The translations under genes were made by a program, and so were the position numbers. A stretch of 58,866 nucleotides of DNA from Candidatus Gottesmanbacteria bacterium (GTDB lineage Bacteria > Patescibacteriota > Microgenomatia > UBA10105 > UBA927). The notes under the pieces were generated by a model. It ran no database searches, had not been told where the DNA came from, and worked only from the letters and a program-made list of their open reading frames with translations. Below are positions 50,303-58,866 of this stretch, in pieces. Position 1 is the first letter of the stretch. Each line of letters opens with the position of its first letter. The stretch is from positions 1 to 58,866 of the forward strand of contig JACREM010000069.1 of assembly GCA_016218215.1 (NCBI GenBank). The letters are read 5' to 3'.

Positions 50303-51706
50303 TTATTGCTTTGTGATTTCGAGAATCGCCATACTTGATGCCGGCATAAAAAGTTGTTTTGAAAAAGTATTTTCTGTGACTGTTTCAGTGAGAGTCACGT
50401 CTCTTCCGAAGAGGATTTTTTCGCGATATGAATATGTTCCAGGTTCGAGATTGGTGTACGAAATAGGCACAGTCTCTGTATGAGTGCCGGCTTCATCAAA
50501 ATTTACGAGAAAGAGCCGAATGGTATTGTCTTTTTGAGTTGCAAATCCCGTGACCCAAGAACCTTCTCCTGAGACGCCAATTCTATTTCCTACCATAGTG
50601 TCTATAAAATTGTACACAGAGTAACGGGGTTTTAGTTTTTTGCCGTTGTCGTCATGTGTAACAAGTCCCCATCCGTCTCCCGCTTGCTGGTTCGGGCCGT
50701 CTTTCGGCTGAAACGAAAAGGCATAGAGTGGTCCGCCTGAGATGAGTTGACGGATGACAGCTCCTGTATGTGCGGCGGCGTACGTCGTGCCATATCCTTT
50801 GCTCTTGCTTCCGGTAAATCCAAATTCAGTGATGAGTTTTGGTAAAAGGGTTGCCTGGGGATAGGGGAGAAGCCACGATATGACATTTTGCTGGTCTTCA
50901 CCAAATTTTTTCGGGTTCGGAAGATATGAGTGCCAGGAAAGAAAATCGAGTCTATTGCCGCTTGCGACAAGCCCTGTGACCCAGTTTTTGTATAGTCCGG
51001 TTGTGGCAGGTCCGCCAAGATAAAACGGATTGACTCCACTTGCTCTACCGGCTCCGACAGATGCAAAGTGATAGAGCGAGAGGTAGTTTTTTTCACCACC
51101 CATTTTCCATGAGCCGAACTGATCCAGGTCTGGTTCGTTCCATACCTCATAATAGATTCCCGAAAGGTTTTTCCCTCCTTTGCCGCTAAAATGTTCGATT
51201 GTTTTTTGTACCACCATGGCCCAGTCTTCCCAGTTGTTCGGTGGGTTTATGATGCTTCCGTCTTTCGCAATATTTTTTGGCATAAAGGAGAGTGCAAGGA
51301 GTGGTTTTGCTCCTGTTGCAAGAATAGTGTTGACAGCCACGTCGAGCTTTTCGAAATTAAAAGACAGGCTGCCGGATCCCCCTCCGACGACATCGTAGTG
51401 ATCAAAAAGATGATCCAGGCGAATGAGCTTTGGCTTGAGAGTTTTTAACTGCGGTACGATAGATGCGAGCATGTCGTTTGACTCTTCGCCGCCTTGTGAA
51501 AATGCGTGATAGAAATCTGTTTTGATCGGTTCAAGTACTGCCTTGGTGTCTACGACGATGGCTGCTGGTGTTCCGGTTGCGCGGGATATAAGCGTCACGG
51601 TTTGATATGTCACTAAAATAAAAAGAGGTAGGAAAAAAAGAAGCGCAATGATGCTTACGAGTTGTGTTGCCTTTGACGATGTATTGTTTTCAAAAATATT
51701 AGCCAT
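50303..51706 (-). CDS. Glycoside hydrolase family 39-like (clan GH-A), membrane-anchored
   Basis: 'IRLDH', acid/base 'YEVWNEPD', 'GGPA', 'DFLSWH.Y', nucleophile 'ITEFG'. Confidence 0.85.
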   Translation of the reverse strand: MANIFENNTSSKATQLVSIIALLFFLPLFILVTYQTVTLISRATGTPAAIVVDTKAVLEPIKTDFYHAFSQGGEESNDMLASIVPQLKTLKPKLIRLDHLFDHYDVVGGGSGSLSFNFEKLDVAVNTILATGAKPLLALSFMPKNIAKDGSIINPPNNWEDWAMVVQKTIEHFSGKGGKNLSGIYYEVWNEPDLDQFGSWKMGGEKNYLSLYHFASVGAGRASGVNPFYLGGPATTGLYKNWVTGLVASGNRLDFLSWHSYLPNPKKFGEDQQNVISWLLPYPQATLLPKLITEFGFTGSKSKGYGTTYAAAHTGAVIRQLISGGPLYAFSFQPKDGPNQQAGDGWGLVTHDDNGKKLKPRYSVYNFIDTMVGNRIGVSGEGSWVTGFATQKDNTIRLFLVNFDEAGTHTETVPISYTNLEPGTYSYREKILFGRDVTLTETVTENTFSKQLFMPASSMAILEITKQ

Positions 51707-52772
51707 AGGCGCGTCGAGTGGTGGGGTAGAGCAGACCAGCGAGGATAAGGATTGATCCTAAAATGATAATACCATATGTAGTAGAGGCATCTCCCGAGAT
51801 GGGCATGGCGCTTTGTGTGGAAACGGAGCCTCCGCCTGATGCTACGACGAATGAAGTAGTAGAAGTGAGCTGTTTTCCAGTTTTTGGATCTTGTGCAGAA
51901 ACGATGACATTGTGCGTTCCGGAATCAAGTGCTGTAGTCGGCGTGTAGACCCAGTTGCCGTTTGCATCAGCTGTGACAACAACAGTTTGCGGAGTAGAGT
52001 GTATGGTAATAGTGACTGTAGAACCTGGTGGTGCTTTCCCTTGAAGTGTCGGTTTTGAACTTGAAAGATTGGCGTCTTTTGCGGGAGTAAGAATATTAAG
52101 AGTAGCAGACGACGAGGCCTGGGCACTTCCCGACGCCTGCGGCGTAGGTGAAGGCGTAAGTATTGGTTGTTGAGTTTGAGAAATAGTATTCCCTGAGTTG
52201 GTTGCAGTGTTTGCAGTATTGGCAAGGGATGTTTTTGCCGCGGAACTATCGCCGGTTATAGTAATATTGGCTGGTGTTGATCCGGTGAGTACATTCGTTG
52301 ACCCTTCTCCCAGGCTACCGACAAACGTATTTTGTGCAAGTCGAATTTGAATTGGTCCCTCAGTTTTTTCGAGAGCCTTGAATTTTATGACGGCTGCGGT
52401 GCCAGTGCCGGTGATCGGCGTGCGGCTATTGAGAGCGCCGATGGTGATAGACGCAGATCCACGGTCGACAACCCCCGAAACCAGGATACTTGGGAATAAA
52501 GGGCCATTGGTAATAGTCTGTGCCTCTAGTTTTTGTGGATCAAATACCAGGTGAAGTTCTGCAGCTACTACTTGATTACTCCCTGTATCGATGAGGGTTT
52601 CGAGGGTAAACGTGTCTCCAACTTTTTTTGTGATGCTTGAAGGAGAGAGGGAGAGTGATGTTGCAGGTGCGGCTTTTTTTCGAAGCTCCTGGCTTTGGCC
52701 AGCTAGGAATACAGTCGCCGGAATTGCAACCAGAGCAAACACAATAGAGATAAGCAGGAGTACTTTTTTCAT
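51699..52772 (-). CDS. Cohesin + Ig-like domain surface protein with MPISG+TM tail
   Basis: 'VGDTFT...IDTG.NQV.A.EL.L.FDP.KL', 'GTG..A.IKFKA'; Ig-like 'ADANGNW.Y.....L..G.H'. Confidence 0.8.
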   Translation of the reverse strand: MKKVLLLISIVFALVAIPATVFLAGQSQELRKKAAPATSLSLSPSSITKKVGDTFTLETLIDTGSNQVVAAELHLVFDPQKLEAQTITNGPLFPSILVSGVVDRGSASITIGALNSRTPITGTGTAAVIKFKALEKTEGPIQIRLAQNTFVGSLGEGSTNVLTGSTPANITITGDSSAAKTSLANTANTATNSGNTISQTQQPILTPSPTPQASGSAQASSSATLNILTPAKDANLSSSKPTLQGKAPPGSTVTITIHSTPQTVVVTADANGNWVYTPTTALDSGTHNVIVSAQDPKTGKQLTSTTSFVVASGGGSVSTQSAMPISGDASTTYGIIILGSILILAGLLYPTTRRAYG

Positions 52773-52834
52773 CCTATATATATTATTAGATAGATATGAG
52801 AGAGAAGACAAGAGGGAGAAGTCAAAATTCGGAC

Positions 52835-52872
52835 TTGACAGGGAATTAGCACTCGTTATATAGTAGTGCTAA
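52835..52872 (+). promoter_or_regulatory. Promoter with overlapping CIRCE operator of hrcA-grpE-dnaK
   Basis: TTGACA(52835)-18-TATAGT(52859); TTAGCACTC-N9-TAGTGCTAA at 52846-52872. Confidence 0.92.
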
Positions 52873-52893
52873 TGTTTGGGAAAAGGTAAAATT

Positions 52894-53628
52894 ATGGATG
52901 AAACTATACATTTATCAGAGAGACAGATAAAGATATTGCAGGCTATTATTGAGGAATACATCACGACCGCAGAACCGGTAGGCAGCGAAACGCTTGAGAA
53001 AAAATACAACCTTGGTGTATCACCTGCGACGATACGAAACGAGATGGTGAGACTTTCTGACATGAAGCTCCTGTCTCAGCCTCATACGTCGTCCGGACGT
53101 TCGCCTACTCCTGTGGCGCTTAAGTATTATGTTGATCATCTTTTAAAGACCAAAGACATATCTGTTTCCGAAGAAGTGGCGCTCAAAGAAAAAATTTGGA
53201 ATTATCGACAGGAGGTGGATAAACTACTTCGGGAAGCGACAAAAATGCTTGCTTTAAAAACAAAAGCTCTTGCGATTACAGCAACAAAAGATGGTGATCT
53301 GTATTACGCAGGTGCGGCAAATATACTAAGCATGCCTGAGTTTTATGATTACGAACTCACGCATCATCTTTTTGAAACACTGGATGAGTCTGATTTTTGG
53401 TGGGCTCTTATGGAACGACAGATCGATCCATTTGACATTCTTCTGGGTGAGGAAGTAGAGAAGCGGGGAACATTGAACCAATGCGGTCTTATTTACTGTA
53501 AATTTACAACACCGCATATGACCGGCGCCATTGGCGTCGTTGGTCCGTCTCGATTAAACTATTCATCTGCAATCCCGCTTGTTCGGTACGTAGGAGGACT
53601 CATCGGTGAATTTGCAAGTGCATGGTAA
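52894..53628 (+). CDS. hrcA: Heat-inducible transcription repressor HrcA (compact)
   Basis: 'EPVGS', 'SPATIRNEM', 'QPHTSSGRSPT', 'GVVGPSRLNY'. Confidence 0.93.
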   Translation: MDETIHLSERQIKILQAIIEEYITTAEPVGSETLEKKYNLGVSPATIRNEMVRLSDMKLLSQPHTSSGRSPTPVALKYYVDHLLKTKDISVSEEVALKEKIWNYRQEVDKLLREATKMLALKTKALAITATKDGDLYYAGAANILSMPEFYDYELTHHLFETLDESDFWWALMERQIDPFDILLGEEVEKRGTLNQCGLIYCKFTTPHMTGAIGVVGPSRLNYSSAIPLVRYVGGLIGEFASAW

Positions 53629-53636
53629 TAGAAATT

Positions 53637-53667
53637 ATAGAGTTTAGGGTTTAGAGTGTAGAGTTTA
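53637..53667. repeat. Heptamer array TAGRGTK x4 between hrcA and grpE
   Basis: tagagtt tagggtt tagagtg tagagtt. Confidence 0.85.
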
Positions 53668-53677
53668 ATAAAAATAT

Positions 53678-54145
53678 ATGAAACAACAGAAACAACCAAC
53701 AGATGATCAGGAAGTAAAAGTTGATGAGAGTGAAGAATGGAAAGGGAAGTACCTGAGAGCCTTGGCTGATTATCAGAATCTTGAAAAACGGACGTATCAG
53801 GAGGCCCAAATAACACGAAAATATGCAAATGAATTTTTGTTGACTCGTCTTCTTTCGGTTTCAGATACATTTGAACGGGCATTGGATCACTTAAAAGACC
53901 AGGGTCTTGGACTTGCAGTAAAAGAATTGCGTTCGGTATTTAGCGAGCACGGCGTGACAAAGATGGAAGTAATAGGCAAGCCGTTTGACCCGATGACCAT
54001 GGAATGCATTGATGTCGTCGATGGGCAAGAGGGGATAGTGATAGAAGAAGTAGCGCCTGGGTATTTGCTCTATGACAAAGTTATTCGGGTAGCTAAGGTG
54101 AACGTAGGAAAGAAAGTAAACCAACCTGCAGGTGATCAAATATAG
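53678..54145 (+). CDS. grpE: Nucleotide exchange factor GrpE
   Basis: 'YLRALADYQNLEKR', 'FDP', 'GY.L..KVIR.AKV.V'. Confidence 0.95.
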   Translation: MKQQKQPTDDQEVKVDESEEWKGKYLRALADYQNLEKRTYQEAQITRKYANEFLLTRLLSVSDTFERALDHLKDQGLGLAVKELRSVFSEHGVTKMEVIGKPFDPMTMECIDVVDGQEGIVIEEVAPGYLLYDKVIRVAKVNVGKKVNQPAGDQI

Positions 54146-54172
54146 GCATATTTAATTATAAAAGGAGGAAAT

Positions 54173-56101
54173 ATGGCAAAAATAATTGGTATTGATCTTG
54201 GAACAACAAATTCATGTATCGGGGTGATGGAAGGCGGAGCACCGAAGGTGATTTATTCCTCTGAAGGAAGAAACGTGATTCCGTCTGTCGTGGATCCTGT
54301 GAAAAATATCGTAGGAGATGTGGCCAAGCGTCAGATGGTCATGAATCCAAAAACGACTCTATATTCAGTAAAGCGACTCATGGGACGAAAATTTAGCGAC
54401 CCATCGGTTAAAACCGACCTTAAGCTTTTGCCGTATCTTGTGAAATCCGGGAAAAATGACATGGCGCTTGTAGAGGTAGATGGGCGACAGTATACGCCTC
54501 AGGAAATATCTGCAAAGATACTGTCAAGAATAAAAGCAGACGCAGAACACTATCTGGGTGAGCCGGTAAAACAAGCCGTTATTACAGTTCCAGCATATTT
54601 TGATGACAGTCAGCGACAAGCGACAAAGCAAGCAGGAGAGATAGCAGGACTTGAAGTCATGCGTATATTAAATGAGCCTACTGCTGCAGCACTCGCATAT
54701 GGTTTAGACAAAAAAAATGCACACACCATCGCAGTCTACGATCTGGGTGGAGGTACGTTTGATATAAGCGTTCTTGAGCTTGGAGACGGTGTCTATGAGG
54801 TGAAGTCGACCAACGGTGATACCCACCTTGGAGGAGATGATTTTGACAAAAAAATTGTCGATTACATAGCTGAGGAATTTAAAAAAGAAAATGGAGTGGA
54901 TCTACGAAATGATCCTCAAGCACTGCAGCGACTTCGCGATGCGGCAGAAAAGGCAAAAATTGAGCTTTCGTCATCTATGGAAGCGGAGATTAATTTGCCG
55001 TTTGTCACTCAAGGCAAAGCAGGACCACTCCATCTCGTCATGAAGTTGTCACGATCAAAGCTTGAGTCGATTGTCGGAGATCTGATTGCCCGTTCCATTG
55101 AACCCGTAAAAAAGTGTCTGACTGATGCAAAGCTCAAGACCAGTGACATAGACGAGGTGGTGCTCGTCGGAGGTATGACGAGGATGCCCAAGGTCATCGA
55201 AACGGTGAAAGAATTTTTTGGAAAAGATCCGAATCGATCGGTAAATCCTGATGAGGTAGTCGCGCTTGGAGCGGCCGTACAAGCAGGGGTCCTTGCAGGT
55301 GATGTCAAAGATGTCGTTCTTCTTGACGTGACACCATTGACACTTGGAGTAGAAACACTCGGCGGGGTATCGACGCCGCTTATTACGCGAAATACCACGG
55401 TACCGACGAGTAAGATGGAGATATTTTCAACTGCCGCAGATAGCCAGACGTCTGTTGAGATTAATGTGCTTCAGGGTGAACGTCCGATGGCTGGGGACAA
55501 CAAGTCTCTGGGACGATTTGTCCTATCCGGTATCCCTGCTGCACCTCGCGGTGTGCCGCAGATAGAGGTGACGTTTGATATCGATGCATCAGGAATATTA
55601 AACGTAACAGCCAAAGATAAAGCGAGCGGAAAGGTATCGAATATAAAAATAACAGGCTCGACTGGGCTTTCAAAAGACGAGATAGAAAAGATGAAAGCAG
55701 AAGCTGAGGCGCATGCGGCTGAGGATAGCGCGAAAAAAGATCGCATAGAGGCAAAAAACAAAGCAGATAATATGCTCTATGTAGCCGAAAAAACGCTCAA
55801 AGATGCAGGCGAGAAAGCAAAACCGGAAGATAAAACTGCTGTAGAGGAGAAGTCTAAATCTTTGAAAGACATACTTGAGAGCGGGTCTAAGGAAGATCTT
55901 GAAGCTAAAACGAACGAGCTATCGGAGGCAGTGCAAAAAGTCGGCGCAGCGGCGTATGCCGAATCTGGCGGTACTCCGCCTGGGGGAACAGCTCCAGATG
56001 GTGGAGCGCAGGAGCCAGGATCAGATACTGCCGGGTCAGAGCCAAAAGTGGAAGACAAAAAAGAAGAAGGAAAAGTGGAAGAGGGACAGGTAGTGGGTTA
56101 A
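54173..56101 (+). CDS. dnaK: Chaperone DnaK
   Basis: '[11 protein letters not shown]', 'TVPAYF', 'DLGGGTFD', 'NPDEVVA'; SD AAGGAGG. Confidence 0.98.
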   Translation: MAKIIGIDLGTTNSCIGVMEGGAPKVIYSSEGRNVIPSVVDPVKNIVGDVAKRQMVMNPKTTLYSVKRLMGRKFSDPSVKTDLKLLPYLVKSGKNDMALVEVDGRQYTPQEISAKILSRIKADAEHYLGEPVKQAVITVPAYFDDSQRQATKQAGEIAGLEVMRILNEPTAAALAYGLDKKNAHTIAVYDLGGGTFDISVLELGDGVYEVKSTNGDTHLGGDDFDKKIVDYIAEEFKKENGVDLRNDPQALQRLRDAAEKAKIELSSSMEAEINLPFVTQGKAGPLHLVMKLSRSKLESIVGDLIARSIEPVKKCLTDAKLKTSDIDEVVLVGGMTRMPKVIETVKEFFGKDPNRSVNPDEVVALGAAVQAGVLAGDVKDVVLLDVTPLTLGVETLGGVSTPLITRNTTVPTSKMEIFSTAADSQTSVEINVLQGERPMAGDNKSLGRFVLSGIPAAPRGVPQIEVTFDIDASGILNVTAKDKASGKVSNIKITGSTGLSKDEIEKMKAEAEAHAAEDSAKKDRIEAKNKADNMLYVAEKTLKDAGEKAKPEDKTAVEEKSKSLKDILESGSKEDLEAKTNELSEAVQKVGAAAYAESGGTPPGGTAPDGGAQEPGSDTAGSEPKVEDKKEEGKVEEGQVVG

Positions 56102-56149
56102 TGGATCAATACTACCAATACTACAAATACTACCAATAAGCCAAAATGG

Positions 56150-56180
56150 AGGGGGCGTGCGTAAGCGCGCCTCTATTCTT
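56150..56180 (+). terminator. GC-rich hairpin after dnaK (probable terminator or stabiliser)
   Basis: GGGGGCGTGC-GTAA-GCGCGCCTCT followed by a weak U-tract. Confidence 0.55.
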
Positions 56181-56223
56181 CATGTGCTCATCATGTGGTA
56201 AAATCATGTGCTAATCTAGATAT

Positions 56224-57129
56224 ATGGCAACAAAAAAAGATTTTTATGAAGTATTAGGTGTTTCTAAATCTGCTACGGCGGACGAGCTCAAACGTGCGTA
56301 TCGTAAACTTGCGCTTGAATGGCATCCTGATCGAAACAAAAAACCTGAAGCAAATACAAAATTTAAAGAAATAAACGAAGCATACGCAGTACTTTCGGAT
56401 GCTAAAAAAAAGCAGCAATACGATCAATTCGGTCATGATGCATTCGCGCCCGGAATGGGTACTGGAGGATGGGGTCAATCCCGCGAAGCGGGATCCGGCT
56501 TCGCCGGACAAGGCCCATTCTCTTATTCTTATTCATCTTCTGGTTCTCCGTTTGGAGAGGGTGATTTTGTCGATCCGTTTGAGATATTTGAACAGTTTTT
56601 TGGCGGTGGATTTTCAGGTGGACGAAGTGCCCGAAAGAGAAGAGAAACATACAGGATTACCATTTCATTTATGGACGCGGTGAACGGGGTGACAAAAGAT
56701 GTGCATCTCCCTCGCGGCCAAGCAGGAGAGGGGTCAATGCAAAAGACAATAAAAATTCCAGCAGGGGTAGATTCTGGATCCCGCATACGATTTGATGAGT
56801 TTGATATTTTAGTTGAGGTTGCAGGCGATAAACGGTTTAAGCGTGAAGGGTCGGATGTCATCTCAGATTTCGAAATTTCTTATCCTGACGCAGTTCTTGG
56901 GACCATCATAGATGTGCCAGGACTTCGTGGAAGCACAAAACTTCGGATCCAGCCTGGAACACAGCCAGGTACGCTCATCCGGCTTCGGGGAAAAGGAATA
57001 CCACACTTACAAGGCAGTGGGTCAGGCGATCAGTATGTGCGTATTCAGATGAAAGTACCATCGCATGTTTCAAGAAAACAAAAAGAGATTATAGAGGCAC
57101 TCAAAAGAGAAATGACGAGCGAAAGTTGA
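56224..57129 (+). CDS. dnaJ: DnaJ-family co-chaperone lacking the zinc finger (class B)
   Basis: J domain with HPD, G/F region, C-terminal domains; no CxxCxGxG repeats. Confidence 0.88.
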   Translation: MATKKDFYEVLGVSKSATADELKRAYRKLALEWHPDRNKKPEANTKFKEINEAYAVLSDAKKKQQYDQFGHDAFAPGMGTGGWGQSREAGSGFAGQGPFSYSYSSSGSPFGEGDFVDPFEIFEQFFGGGFSGGRSARKRRETYRITISFMDAVNGVTKDVHLPRGQAGEGSMQKTIKIPAGVDSGSRIRFDEFDILVEVAGDKRFKREGSDVISDFEISYPDAVLGTIIDVPGLRGSTKLRIQPGTQPGTLIRLRGKGIPHLQGSGSGDQYVRIQMKVPSHVSRKQKEIIEALKREMTSES

Positions 57130-57204
57130 CGGTGCCTCAAGAGGTGATATAATAGCCATATTGTAGGGGTTTTTACTAGGTGGGAAGAGATACCCGCCTT
57201 TTTT
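57126..57204 (+). promoter_or_regulatory. nusA-infB promoter and leader attenuator-like hairpin
   Basis: TTGACG-16-TATAAT (57126-57153); AGGTGGG-N8-CCCGCCT-TTTTT (57178-57204). Confidence 0.75.
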
Positions 57205-57342
57205 ATTAAAAATTAAAGAAACCCGCCGCATCTTGCTTTGCTCCTTAGCTACTTTCGTAGCGCGGTGCAAAGAGCGATTGCTGGCGGGTACAGAGGCCAC
57301 TAGGCTCCCGCGATGACGCGGATCGCCTGTGGACACTAGTAT

Positions 57343-58425
57343 ATGCCAGCGATAGTACGAAGTGAATTTGCATTAGCCCTAAACCAGGTAGCCACTGAGC
57401 GTGGTATTGATCCTACTGTGGTCATAGAGACCATTAAAGCTGCAATTCTTGCGGCATACAGAAAAGACTACGGCGGCACAGAACTTGACGCCTATGTCGT
57501 TGAACTAAACGGTGATACGGGTGAGGCAAAGATATCTAAAGACGGAAAAGACATAACCCCTCCGGGGTTTGGCAGAATTGCCGCGCAGACCGCAAAACAA
57601 GTCATCCTCCAACGTATACGAGAAGCCGAGAAGCAGGCGGTTCTTGCTGACTATCAGACAAAAGTCGGCAATATAGTTCCGGGTATGATCCTTCGGTTTG
57701 ACGGACCAAATATCATCGTTGATATCGGTCGGACTCAGGCTATTATGCCTCCACAGGAGCAAAGTCAGGGTGAACGGTATCACCTCAATCAGAGACTGAC
57801 ATTTTATATTGAAGGAATTCGCGAGACGATGCGCGGAAACGAGATTATTGTTTCCAGGGCGCACAAAGGTCTTATTGAAGGATTGTTTAAACGGGAAGTT
57901 CCGGAAGTAGCCCAAGGATCTGTGGAGCTACGAGTAGTAGCGCGTGAAGCCGGTGGTAGAACAAAAATAGCTGTCTATTCGCATCAATCCGGAGTTGATC
58001 CTGTAGGATCCTGTGTCGGACAAAAAGGTATTCGCGTGCAAGCTGTGATTGGAGAGCTTGGCGGAAACGAGAAGGTGGATATCATCCAATGGAGTGATGA
58101 CGCGAAGTTGTTTATTATTGCTGCTCTTGCTCCTGCAAAAGATCTGGATGTACTGTTAGATGAAACTCGGAAATGCGCTGAGGTCATGGTGCCGGATGAT
58201 CAACTCTCTTTGGCCATAGGCCGTGATGGACAAAATGTGAGACTCGCAGCAAAGATCACCGGATGGAAGATTGATATAAAAGGAAAAGGCGGCGTACCTC
58301 CTTCAGTAATTGCAGAAGCTGTGGTAGCTTCGGATGAGTCAAAGGAATCAAGTGAAATACCAAAAGTTGAAGTTGTGGAAAAAAATGACGAAACAGAAAA
58401 ATTACCAGAAAAACAATCTGAATAA
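57343..58425 (+). CDS. nusA: Transcription termination/antitermination factor NusA
   Basis: 'FGRIAAQTAKQVI.Q', 'AREAG.RTKIAV', 'DPVGSCVG', 'SLAIGRDGQNVRLA'. Confidence 0.97.
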   Translation: MPAIVRSEFALALNQVATERGIDPTVVIETIKAAILAAYRKDYGGTELDAYVVELNGDTGEAKISKDGKDITPPGFGRIAAQTAKQVILQRIREAEKQAVLADYQTKVGNIVPGMILRFDGPNIIVDIGRTQAIMPPQEQSQGERYHLNQRLTFYIEGIRETMRGNEIIVSRAHKGLIEGLFKREVPEVAQGSVELRVVAREAGGRTKIAVYSHQSGVDPVGSCVGQKGIRVQAVIGELGGNEKVDIIQWSDDAKLFIIAALAPAKDLDVLLDETRKCAEVMVPDDQLSLAIGRDGQNVRLAAKITGWKIDIKGKGGVPPSVIAEAVVASDESKESSEIPKVEVVEKNDETEKLPEKQSE

Positions 58426-58465
58426 ACGAGTATGTATCGAATAATTCAGATCGAACAGAGTAAAA

Positions 58466-58866
58466 ATGACAGATTCGACAACACATATAGCATCCTCTTT
58501 TCGTCCGCCGATCGTTGCGGTTTTAGGGCACGTAGATCACGGTAAGACGACGCTTCTTGATACGATTCGAACTTCTCATGTCGCTCAAGGCGAACATGGT
58601 GGAATAACGCAGCATATCGGTGCATATCAGATTACCCGTAAAACAAAAGAAGGAGCAAGGCAGATATCATTTTTGGATACCCCGGGACATGAAGCGTTTA
58701 AAAAAATGAGAAGCCGAGGGGTAAGTGCTGCAGATATTGCTATCTTAGTCGTTGGGGCTGATGATAGTGTAAAGCCCCAAACACTCGAATCAATAGCGCA
58801 GATAAAAGAAGCCGGAATTCCGATCATAGTCGCTATGAATAAGATGGATCTACAGACGGCAAGTCC
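58466..58866 (+). CDS. infB: Translation initiation factor IF-2 (3'-truncated by window; absent from the ORF track)
   Basis: Hand translation [32 protein letters not shown]...[10 protein letters not shown]...[15 protein letters not shown]...NKMD. Confidence 0.95.
   Translation, partial: MTDSTTHIASSFRPPIVAVLGHVDHGKTTLLDTIRTSHVAQGEHGGITQHIGAYQITRKTKEGARQISFLDTPGHEAFKKMRSRGVSAADIAILVVGADDSVKPQTLESIAQIKEAGIPIIVAMNKMDLQTAS

Noticed and set aside
57221..57332. SRP RNA, 6S RNA or tRNA identity for the nusA leader stems
   Set aside because: No SRP GGAA-loop domain IV motif, no T-loop or CCA, and too short for 6S; kept only as an unknown structure.

Overview
Gene-dense chromosomal segment of a reduced-genome bacterium, most likely Patescibacteria/CPR and probably Microgenomates-like. 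This is inferred from compact ValS, MetG, HrcA and IF2, the missing rimP before nusA, and many Pro/Thr-rich single-TM surface proteins. Translation table 11 fits. Housekeeping genes: epmA-efp, valS, tsaD, groES-groEL, tatD, metG, rmuC, two UvrD-family helicases, two FemABX ligases, tpiA, rpsT, murJ, hrcA-grpE-dnaK-dnaJ, nusA and a partial infB. Accessory blocks: a lipid-linked glycosylation cluster (22.1-28.8 kb) and a surface-protein island (42.2-52.8 kb) with PilN/PilO-like, cohesin, dockerin-remnant and GH39 genes. I saw no rRNA, tRNA, CRISPR array, transposase or phage genes. Main unexplained signals: (1) 7-nt tandem arrays and GC-rich mini-palindromes lying in frame inside conserved genes as well as between genes; (2) a cohesin/dockerin/GH39 surface locus whose proteins share an N-terminal post-TM 'R/K-A' motif and a C-terminal P-x-S-G+TM sorting-like signal; (3) an unannotated dockerin fragment that looks like a microhomology deletion scar; (4) widespread -10 boxes 6-11 nt before ATG (leaderless-type initiation); (5) an unannotated 55-aa Gly/His membrane microprotein. 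All product calls come from motif recognition by eye; no database search was run.
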